A DNA stretch of 16,115 nucleotides, from positions 1 through 16,115 of the forward strand of contig CAZYLP010000081.1 in assembly GCA_964648345.1 (NCBI GenBank), written 5' to 3'. Made by a program: the position numbers and the translations under genes. The DNA is from an uncultured Planctomycetota bacterium (GTDB lineage Bacteria > Planctomycetota > J058 > JACQDU01). The notes below the pieces were generated by a model that worked only from the letters and a program-made list of their open reading frames with translations, was not told the origin of the DNA and made no database searches. Of this stretch, positions 7,113-13,533 are shown piece by piece. Positions within the stretch are counted from its first letter, which is position 1. Every line of letters begins with the position of its first letter.

Positions 7113-7547
7113 CTACTCGATCTCTTCGAAGCGGTGAGTGCCGGCGAGTATCGCGTGCACTACGGGCGCCCACGCGACCTCGACCCACTCGAGGTCGTTG
7201 AACGGAGGCACCCGCTCGTTCGACCACTTCGCCTGACCCAGGAAGTACTTCATGGACGGGGCTGCCAGGTGATTGCTCGTGTGAACGATCACGGGGCAAG
7301 TCGGAGTCCGACCGGTCAGGAAGAGAACGACATCGGTTCCTGACCCGGGATCGTCGCCTTTCTCCTTGGCGACGAGGTCGTGATCGAGGGAGATGAGAAC
7401 ACACTCGCCGAGGTGTTCCTCGAGCCACGCGATCATGTCGTGCGCTCGGGGGAAGACGTGGACGCTCAGCGCTCCTTCTTGCGCGAGCTGTCGGAGCATT
7501 GCATCGCGACGTCCTTCGTCGTCCTCCAGGATCGCGATCGCGCGCAC
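7113..7547 (-). CDS. Stand-alone receiver (REC, CheY-like) domain protein, 144 aa
   Basis: Receiver hallmarks in order: acidic pair after beta1 (RAIAILEDDEGRRD), phospho-acceptor-like Asp at the end of beta3 (CVLISLDHDL), conserved Thr/Ser (VIVHTSNH) and Lys (SMKYFLGQAKW). GTG start at 7547 is chosen to include the DD pair; an ATG at 7500 would truncate it. The rest of track ORF 7113-8393 is antisense to the methyltransferase gene and is rejected. Confidence 0.55.
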   Translation of the reverse strand: MRAIAILEDDEGRRDAMLRQLAQEGALSVHVFPRAHDMIAWLEEHLGECVLISLDHDLVAKEKGDDPGSGTDVVLFLTGRTPTCPVIVHTSNHLAAPSMKYFLGQAKWSNERVPPFNDLEWVEVAWAPVVHAILAGTHRFEEIE

Positions 7548-7646
7548 ATCGCACGTTAGCTGCGTACCCCGATGTGCGACCAGGTGGTACCACGACACGG
7601 CCCGGCTGTGATACGGTCGCGCCGAACGCTCGCAGGGGGAGAGACC

Positions 7647-8459
7647 ATGAATCCGAACAAGGCGCTTTGGGAGAAGGGCGACTTCACCGAGATCGCCTCT
7701 TTCATGCGGCAGTCGGGCGAAGCCGTCGGCAACTCGCTCGGAGTCACGAACACGATGCGCGTCCTCGACCTCGGCTGCGGCGACGGCACGACCGCGGTCC
7801 CGATCGCGAGGCTCGGTGCGGAGGTCGTCGGGATCGACATCGCCCGGAACCTCGTCGAGGCCGGCAACAAGCGCGCCGCCGCGTTCGGGCTCGGCCGCCT
7901 CAGGTTCCAGGAGGGCGACGCCTGCAAGCTCGAGGGCGTGCCGGACCGCTCGTTCGACCTCACGCTCTCCGTGTTCGGGGCCATGTTCGCGCCCAGGCCG
8001 TTCGACGTGGCGAAGGAGATGGTCCGCGTCACGAAGCCGGGCGGCCGGATCGTCATGGGCAACTGGATCCCTGGAGACCCGACCTTCGTCGCGCAGCTTC
8101 TGAAGATCAGCTCGGCGTTCACGCCGCCGCCGCCCGAAGGGTTCGTGAGCCCTATGACGTGGGGCGTGGACACGAACATCTACGAGCGCTTCGGGGCTGC
8201 CGGCGTGCCCCAGCAGAAGATCACGCTCGCGCGGGAGACGTTCACCTTCATCTCCCCCGACAAGAGCCCGGAGCAGGTCGTCGAGTCGTTCCGCAAGTTC
8301 TACGGGCCGACGATGAACGCCTACGAGGCCGTCGAGAAGAACGGGAAGACGGACGAGCTCCACGCGCAGGTCGTCGATCTCGCGAGGTCGCACAACAAGG
8401 CGACGGGCGGCGGAACGTCGATCCCGGCGACGTTCCTGCGAGTCACGGTCTCGGTGTGA
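7647..8459 (+). CDS. Class I SAM-dependent methyltransferase (Methyltransf_11/25-like), 270 aa
   Basis: Motif I VLDLGCGDGTTAVPIARLGAEVVGIDIA, acidic post-I residue, and motif II/III region RLRFQEGDA...DLTLSVFGAMF...KPGGRIVMGNW. Strong RBS GGGGGAGAG 5 nt before the ATG at 7647. The track start at 7572 adds 25 improbable residues. Confidence 0.8.
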   Translation: MNPNKALWEKGDFTEIASFMRQSGEAVGNSLGVTNTMRVLDLGCGDGTTAVPIARLGAEVVGIDIARNLVEAGNKRAAAFGLGRLRFQEGDACKLEGVPDRSFDLTLSVFGAMFAPRPFDVAKEMVRVTKPGGRIVMGNWIPGDPTFVAQLLKISSAFTPPPPEGFVSPMTWGVDTNIYERFGAAGVPQQKITLARETFTFISPDKSPEQVVESFRKFYGPTMNAYEAVEKNGKTDELHAQVVDLARSHNKATGGGTSIPATFLRVTVSV

Positions 8460-8847
8460 CGCCCGGCCAGACCCGCCGCCCGTGCACGAAGACGGCGGCG
8501 ACGGTCTCGGGCTCGAAGGTCATGTGGAACCCTCGCTCGGGCGAGAGGAACTCCTCGGGCAAGAGGTCCTGCACGCGCCGGAACGAGAGGAGGTCGTCCT
8601 CGATCCCGACGAACTTCATACCCCCGAAGCCGACGCGCGCGGAGCCTCCCTCGTCGTCGCAGAAGACGACCTGATCCGTCGGGACGGGCACGCCGCGGCC
8701 ACCCGGGAAGTGGACGAAGGTCCCCGGCGGACCGTTCTGGACGATCGGGAGGCTCTTCGCGACGAGCTTGCCGCGCGTGATCCGGCTACCCTCGAGGAAC
8801 TCGACGAGCACGGGGATCTTCAAGACATCGACGGGATCAGAGTTCAT
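8443..8847 (-). CDS. Hypothetical protein (about 134 aa)
   Basis: ORF with protein-like composition (MNSDPVDVLKIPVLVEFLEGSRITRGKLVAKSLPIVQNGPPGTFVHFPGG...). ATG at 8847 is preferred over the track start at 8982, which lies inside the AT-rich palindromic intergenic region. The 3' end overlaps the convergent methyltransferase gene by 17 nt. No family recognised; weak PilZ-like impression only. Confidence 0.4.
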   Translation of the reverse strand: MNSDPVDVLKIPVLVEFLEGSRITRGKLVAKSLPIVQNGPPGTFVHFPGGRGVPVPTDQVVFCDDEGGSARVGFGGMKFVGIEDDLLSFRRVQDLLPEEFLSPERGFHMTFEPETVAAVFVHGRRVWPGVTPRP

Positions 8848-9077
8848 GGCCAACGAGACGGCAAGCCTAGCAGGTCTCGCGATGCTCTGACGACATGACG
8901 ACGGCTCGTCGACCCGCGGGCGGAACGGGATCAGCGCCGTAAACTTAAGATTACATTGCAATGCATTGCCTATGTATGACATAGGCCATTTTAGACGAGC
9001 ATCTTTACACCAGGATCGCCGTTTGATCCCGCCGGGATCGTCCGTGACCCGGACTCGGAAAGGAAGGCTGACGCCTC
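8848..9077. promoter_or_regulatory. AT-rich (about 45-50% GC against about 70% background) divergent promoter region containing three palindromes
   Basis: Perfect palindromes read directly from the sequence: CATTGCAATG (8954-8963, with overlapping ATGCAT and a flanking CATTGC direct repeat), GCCTATGT-atg-ACATAGGC (8968-8986), and GATCCCG-c-CGGGATC (9025-9039). An AGGAAGG RBS lies before the ATG at 9078. Confidence 0.45.
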
Positions 9078-9641
9078 ATGGACCTCTCTCTGTACGGACA
9101 GCCGGACGACGGCCCCTTCGACGGCCCGCTCGCGGCCAACTGCGCCGTGATCGGGTTGATCGTGATGATGCTCGTCGGCCTGGGCTTCGTCTCCTACCCG
9201 GTCGGGCTCACGCTCGCGTTCATCTTCCTGTGGGCGTTCATCGCCGGACTCATCGTCGGCGCCGTCGCCTACCTCCTCCTGCGGCGACTCCGTCAGGCCG
9301 ACAGGTCGCGGCAGCCCTCGAGCAGGATCTTCGACCCCTCGCTTCGCGCCGGCCTCGTGGCCGCGGCGACGAGCGTCGCGGCGCTCGGCATCGTCGATCC
9401 GTCTCTCGTGGCGCGCTCGACCCCGTACGCAGCCGCGCGCGAGGGAGGTCGCGCCTTCAGCGTCTCGATCCGTTCACCGCGCGCGAAGACCACGACTCCC
9501 GCCATCGCGGGAGAGGACGTCGAGCGAGCCGTCCGCGAAGCGACCGCGGCAGGCAGCACGCCGCCGGCCGAGCCTCCGCGCCCTCACCGCGAGGCCGCGG
9601 AGCCGACCTCGACCGGGTTCCTGGGCGCGCTGGGGCGCTGA
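9078..9641 (+). CDS. Small membrane protein (two predicted TM helices) with a low-complexity tail ending TSTGFLGALGR
   Basis: Hydrophobic stretches AVIGLIVMMLVGLGFVSYPVGLTLAFIFLWAFIAGLIVGAVAYLLL followed by a basic RRLRQADR. ATG at 9078 with upstream AGGAAGG. The stop at 9639-9641 is 3 nt before the next gene's GTG, implying translational coupling. Confidence 0.55.
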   Translation: MDLSLYGQPDDGPFDGPLAANCAVIGLIVMMLVGLGFVSYPVGLTLAFIFLWAFIAGLIVGAVAYLLLRRLRQADRSRQPSSRIFDPSLRAGLVAAATSVAALGIVDPSLVARSTPYAAAREGGRAFSVSIRSPRAKTTTPAIAGEDVERAVREATAAGSTPPAEPPRPHREAAEPTSTGFLGALGR

Positions 9642-9644
9642 GCC

Positions 9645-10862
9645 GTGGGACCGCTCGAATCGATCGGCGAGTGGATCTCGGAGAACAGGAACGCGATCGT
9701 CGCGACCACCGCGGGCCTCGTCGTCGGCACCGGGGTCACGATCGCCCTCCTCGCGACGGCTCCCGTGAGCATGCCCGCGCTCCTCGCCGTCGGAGGAGCG
9801 GTCGCGGCGGGCGCTTTCATCGGGACGGCGTTCACGTACGTCGCGCTGAGCGCGTTCGACGGCGCCGACCTCCAGGACCGGAGCATCGTCCTCAGGGCGA
9901 CGGCTCACGCGACGGTGGCCGCGGGTCTGAGCTTCCTGACCGTCGGCGCGCTCGGCCCCGCCGGCGGAGTGGCGACGGGCCCCGCCGGCGTCGCGCTCGG
10001 CGAGTCCTCGCTCGCGACGATCGCCGCCCAGGCGCCCACGCGGTTCGTCGTGGGCGCCGGCGCGGCGGGCGCGCAGCAGCTCGCGTCGAACCTGATCGAG
10101 GGCCGGCCCTCCGAGGAAGGGATGCCGACGGCACTCCTCCTCGGCGGGACGCTGACCACCGTCGCCACGACCGCGGGAGACCTCCACCAGGGCGTCTTCG
10201 CCCCTGACCCCATCGCAGACGCTCGGCCCGTGCTCCGCCACTCGTCGTCTCTCGAGCAGGACCTCGCTTACTACCGCGCCCAGGGTTGGAGGATCCGCTA
10301 CGGCGAGCCAGGACGCGGCACGTTCATGACCGACCCCGCGCCCGGCGTGCCAGGAGAGATCGTGATCGACCCACTGCGGCGTCCCTCTCCGACCTCGCTC
10401 ACGAACGGGCTCGCACACGAGGTCGGCCATGCGAACGCCGGCGCCCCTCCGACGTACGGTCCGAGCGCCACGATCGCGACGCGAGAGGAGTTCGCACGGA
10501 TCAACGTGCTCCAGCAGCTCGACGGCGAGGGGATCGCCGTCCTCAACGAGGCGACCGTGCGGAGCGAGATCCTCGCGGCCGGGGGACCCGACATCGGTGG
10601 GAGTCCTGCGATCCCGAGGTACGCCGACATCCTGAACGATCCCTCGATCGGCGCGTGGGAGCAGGCCCGGCGGTTGGGCAACAACTACAGGTACGAGACG
10701 CCGAGCACCAACCCAGCCGTCAACTACGGCCGCTACTGGAGCGCCTACTACGAGGACTGGTGGGACAGGGTCATGGGCTCGGGTCCGCTCACGGTCACCA
10801 AGGGGACGGCGACGACCGCGCCGGCGACGTCTCCCGGGATCCTCGGCGCGATCGGACGCTGA
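9645..10862 (+). CDS. Membrane-anchored protein with Gly/Ala-rich hydrophobic N-terminal region and a C-terminal HExxH...E (gluzincin-like) putative metallopeptidase domain; ends TSPGILGAIGR
   Basis: N-terminal about 180 aa of glycine-zipper-like hydrophobic helices (GLVVGTGVTIALLATAP..., LLAVGGAVAAGAFIGTAFTYVALSAF...). Motif NGLAHEVGHANAG followed about 20 residues later by REEFAR, the HExxH + E zincin arrangement. Aromatic-rich C-terminal segment NYGRYWSAYYEDWWDRV. Plus-strand codon usage is good. The antisense ORFs 9474-11198 and 9584-9886 are rejected. Confidence 0.6.
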   Translation: MGPLESIGEWISENRNAIVATTAGLVVGTGVTIALLATAPVSMPALLAVGGAVAAGAFIGTAFTYVALSAFDGADLQDRSIVLRATAHATVAAGLSFLTVGALGPAGGVATGPAGVALGESSLATIAAQAPTRFVVGAGAAGAQQLASNLIEGRPSEEGMPTALLLGGTLTTVATTAGDLHQGVFAPDPIADARPVLRHSSSLEQDLAYYRAQGWRIRYGEPGRGTFMTDPAPGVPGEIVIDPLRRPSPTSLTNGLAHEVGHANAGAPPTYGPSATIATREEFARINVLQQLDGEGIAVLNEATVRSEILAAGGPDIGGSPAIPRYADILNDPSIGAWEQARRLGNNYRYETPSTNPAVNYGRYWSAYYEDWWDRVMGSGPLTVTKGTATTAPATSPGILGAIGR

Positions 10863-10879
10863 ACGTGGCTCGAGGCGTC

Positions 10880-11818
10880 TCAGCGGAACTTCGTCGCCCA
10901 GCCGAGACCGCCCGCCTCGCCCGCCGCGTTCATCGTCCTGAGCTCGTCCCAGTCCTTCGCGACCACGGCGTAGTCCGGGTAGGGCCCGGGCTCCTGCGTG
11001 TGGAAGATGTAGGACTTCATGCCGTTGTCCTTGTAGACCTCGGCATCCGAGGTCCTGTTCCCGAAGCCGTAGAGGAGCTTCGGGAACGACGGCCTCAGGG
11101 ACTTGAGCACGCGGTTTCTCTGGTCGTAGTTGTTGGCCTTGTCGCCCTCGGCGCGGAGGAGCGCCGGCCCGCGCGGGAACTTCCAGTGCGCGAGCCACGC
11201 CTTCGACTTCTGCGTGTAGGTCCAGTCGCGGCCCGTGATGTAGACGACCGTGCAGTCCTTCGCGATGTCGCTGAGCCCTCTGGGCGCGCCGGGGACCGGC
11301 GGCAGCTGCTCGATCGGACGGGCGACGACCTCGGCCCAGTGGAGCGCGGAGATCGTCATGTCGATGTCCGTCACGAGCATCCGGCGCTTGGGGTCGCGGA
11401 CGGCGACGAGCGCGTACGAGTCCGATGCCACGTACGTGATGCCGGAGTCGTCGTTGTCGAGCGCTCCGATGAAGCTCCCGCCGCCCGCGAGCCGGCCGGT
11501 CACGAGGAGGTCGCCCGGCGTGGAGGGCACCTTGACCGAGAGCTCGGCGTAGCCCTTCGCGTTCGACTCGGCGGTCCCGAGGACGGCTCCGTTCGCGCGG
11601 AACTGGACCTTCACGCCCTTCAAGTCGTAGGGCGTCGCGCTGTCGCGCCGCACCTTGAACTTGACCTTCGCGGTCTGCGTCCCGCTCGGGACGAGGACGT
11701 CGAAGCCGGTGAGGAGGGCCGCCTTCTTGATGGGGTCGGCCTGCGCACTGCCCGTGAGAGATGCGACGAAGCCCCCGCAGAGCAGTGAGGCGACGATGGC
11801 ACCCTGCCTCGATCTCAT
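10880..11818 (-). CDS. Secreted App1-like (DUF2183/LNS2) HAD-superfamily phosphatase, 312 aa
   Basis: Signal peptide MRSRQGAIVASLLCGGFVASLTGSAQA. HAD motif I VTDIDMTIS (DxDxT), conserved Lys region KANNYDQRNRVLKSLRPSFP, and motif IV-like YGFGNRTSDAEVY (App1 has GDSGQ.D). N-terminal beta-sandwich-like segment. ATG at 11818 with upstream GGGTGA. The track ORF extends to 12115 through an Arg/Gly-rich improbable N-terminus. Confidence 0.65.
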   Translation of the reverse strand: MRSRQGAIVASLLCGGFVASLTGSAQADPIKKAALLTGFDVLVPSGTQTAKVKFKVRRDSATPYDLKGVKVQFRANGAVLGTAESNAKGYAELSVKVPSTPGDLLVTGRLAGGGSFIGALDNDDSGITYVASDSYALVAVRDPKRRMLVTDIDMTISALHWAEVVARPIEQLPPVPGAPRGLSDIAKDCTVVYITGRDWTYTQKSKAWLAHWKFPRGPALLRAEGDKANNYDQRNRVLKSLRPSFPKLLYGFGNRTSDAEVYKDNGMKSYIFHTQEPGPYPDYAVVAKDWDELRTMNAAGEAGGLGWATKFR

Positions 11819-11940
11819 GAAATCACCCGTGATGAGTAGGCCGTGTGCACGAGTCGTGCCTCGTCCCAACTCGCGAAGGGCCGAGCGATAGCGTCTCGCG
11901 GGTGCGACGCATTCCGGGGAGCTGGAGCCGGAGGTGCTAC

Positions 11941-13041
11941 TCAGGTACTCATCCGCTTCCAGACCGGGACCGACCCCGGAGCGCCGCCGCGGATCCGCGC
12001 GATCGCCGCCTCCACTTCGCGCCGCACCTCGAACTCGGCGTCGCGAGCGGCCGCCTCGAGAGCCGGGAGAGCGTCCGCCGTCCCGACCTCCGCGAGGAAG
12101 CGCGCCGCGCGCCACCGCACGAGCTTGTTCGCGTCTCCGAGCGTCTCCAGGATCGCAGGCTGAGCGGCCGGGTCACCGAGATCGGAGAGGCTGTCGCCCG
12201 CCGTGCGCCGGACCGCAACGGCCTGGTCGCGGAGCGCCTTGCAGAGGGCCGGAACCGCATCGGCGCTCGCGGTCGCTCCGAGCCCGGCCGCGGCCCACCG
12301 CCGGACCTCGGTCCTCGGATCATCGAGCGCGAGCGCGAGGAGAGGGATCGCCGCCGGATCCGTGCCGAGCTGCTTCACGGCGCGGAGACGCCGCCGCCAG
12401 TCGTCGCTCCGGAGCTCGCGCTCGAGCTCGCCTGCCGATGCCGGCGGAGCGGCGGGCGGCCGCTCCGCGCCCGTCTCCTCGGCGAGGAGACGCGCGAGCG
12501 CCTCCTCGTCGAGGAAGGCCTCGATCTCGGCCGCGACGCTCGCCGCGACCTCCTCCACGCTGCCGTAGCGGACCCCCCGGTCCACCCACGAGCGCTCCTT
12601 CAAGTAGTCGCCGCCCGTCCGTGCCTGGATCTCCTTCGCGACCACGCCGAAGCGCGGGTCGAGCGCGACCCGCTTCTCGGCCTGGCCGTCGGTCGCCCTC
12701 ACCTGGATCGGGACCTGCCGGTACGTCTGGACCGAGACGCGGACCTGACCGCCCGGGCCAGGAGAGCTCGCCGGCGCCGGCGCGACGGAGCCTCCCGCGA
12801 GGACGGTCTTCGCGGCCGCGATGATCGGCTCCCAGTCGGCCCGCGGATCGCGGTTGAGCGTCACGAAGTCCGCGCAGATGAAGACGCTCTCGACGCCCGG
12901 GACCTCGAGGAGCTTCGCGACGAAGGGCGCGGCGCCCGAAGCGTTCGTGCGCGTGTACGTCGACGTCGAGCCGGCCGGACCCGTGAGGTTCAGCTTCATG
13001 CTGTTCGGGTTCGGCGTCGTCTCGATCGAGCGCAGCAGCAT
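11941..13041 (-). CDS. Nfu_N (scaffold protein Nfu/NifU N-terminal) domain protein fused to C-terminal HEAT/PBS-lyase repeats, 366 aa
   Basis: N-terminus MLLRSIETTPNPNSMKLNL matches the Nfu_N signature (M.I.TE.TPNPN.LKF). C-terminal tandem repeats of the type DPRTEVRRWAAAGLGATASADAVPALCKALRDQAVAVRR...LGDPAAQPAILETLGDANKLVRWRAARFL are HEAT_2-like. The N-terminal 161 residues of the track ORF are Arg/Glu-rich and antisense to a better plus-strand gene, so the start is placed at 13041. Confidence 0.65.
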   Translation of the reverse strand: MLLRSIETTPNPNSMKLNLTGPAGSTSTYTRTNASGAAPFVAKLLEVPGVESVFICADFVTLNRDPRADWEPIIAAAKTVLAGGSVAPAPASSPGPGGQVRVSVQTYRQVPIQVRATDGQAEKRVALDPRFGVVAKEIQARTGGDYLKERSWVDRGVRYGSVEEVAASVAAEIEAFLDEEALARLLAEETGAERPPAAPPASAGELERELRSDDWRRRLRAVKQLGTDPAAIPLLALALDDPRTEVRRWAAAGLGATASADAVPALCKALRDQAVAVRRTAGDSLSDLGDPAAQPAILETLGDANKLVRWRAARFLAEVGTADALPALEAAARDAEFEVRREVEAAIARIRGGAPGSVPVWKRMST

Positions 13042-13071
13042 GGCGGTGAGAGGGAGTATAGGCTCTCCTCG

Positions 13072-13527
13072 ATGAAGGTCGAGGTCTTCGACGTCCCGCC
13101 CGGCGCTCCGCACCCGTTCGAGCCAGCGGACGCGCGCTACTTCGTGCAGCGCACGGCGAACCACGCGTGCACGCGGCTGTTCGAGGACGGCGCGAAGACC
13201 CGCGACCTCGACTTCCTCTCCCTCCACTTCCCGACGGGTTACACGAGCCTCTGGGCCCTCGAGCGCGCGGCGCTCTTCCTCCCGGACGGGCTCCACCGCT
13301 GGCCCCTCGGCCCCGCTCCGCGCCCCCCGAACGACCGCGAGGGGCGGTTCTTCCTCTTCGGCGACGACGGCTCGGAGGTCTCCTGGAACCCCGGGCCCGA
13401 CGGGCAGACGATGGTCCTCGGCTACACGACGCTCGCGGAGGCGGAGGCGGCGCTCGGGCACCCCGCTCTCCGGCGCGCCGACGCGATCGTGATCGCGCGG
13501 CTCAACGAGGACATCTTCTGGCACTGA
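13072..13527 (+). CDS. Hypothetical protein (151 aa)
   Basis: This is the 3' end of long track ORF 11845-13527. Only this part has protein-like composition (MKVEVFDVPPGAPHPFEPADARYFVQRTANHACTRLFEDGAKTRDLDFLSLHFPTGYTSLW...). ATG at 13072. It is divergent from the Nfu_N gene with only about 30 bp between the start codons. Confidence 0.45.
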   Translation: MKVEVFDVPPGAPHPFEPADARYFVQRTANHACTRLFEDGAKTRDLDFLSLHFPTGYTSLWALERAALFLPDGLHRWPLGPAPRPPNDREGRFFLFGDDGSEVSWNPGPDGQTMVLGYTTLAEAEAALGHPALRRADAIVIARLNEDIFWH

Positions 13528-13533
13528 GGCCCG

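Noticed and set aside
9474-11788. Long ORFs 9474-11198 (minus, 574 aa) and 10286-11788 (plus, 500 aa)
   Set aside because: Antisense to the HExxH gene and the App1-like phosphatase gene respectively. Translations are Arg/Gly/Asp-rich with no domain features.
11845-13071. 5' 400 codons of plus-strand ORF 11845-13527 and the Arg/Pro/Ser-rich ORF 11934-12824
   Set aside because: Antisense to the Nfu_N-HEAT gene and of junk composition. Only the 3' segment 13072-13527 has protein-like composition and was kept as a separate gene.
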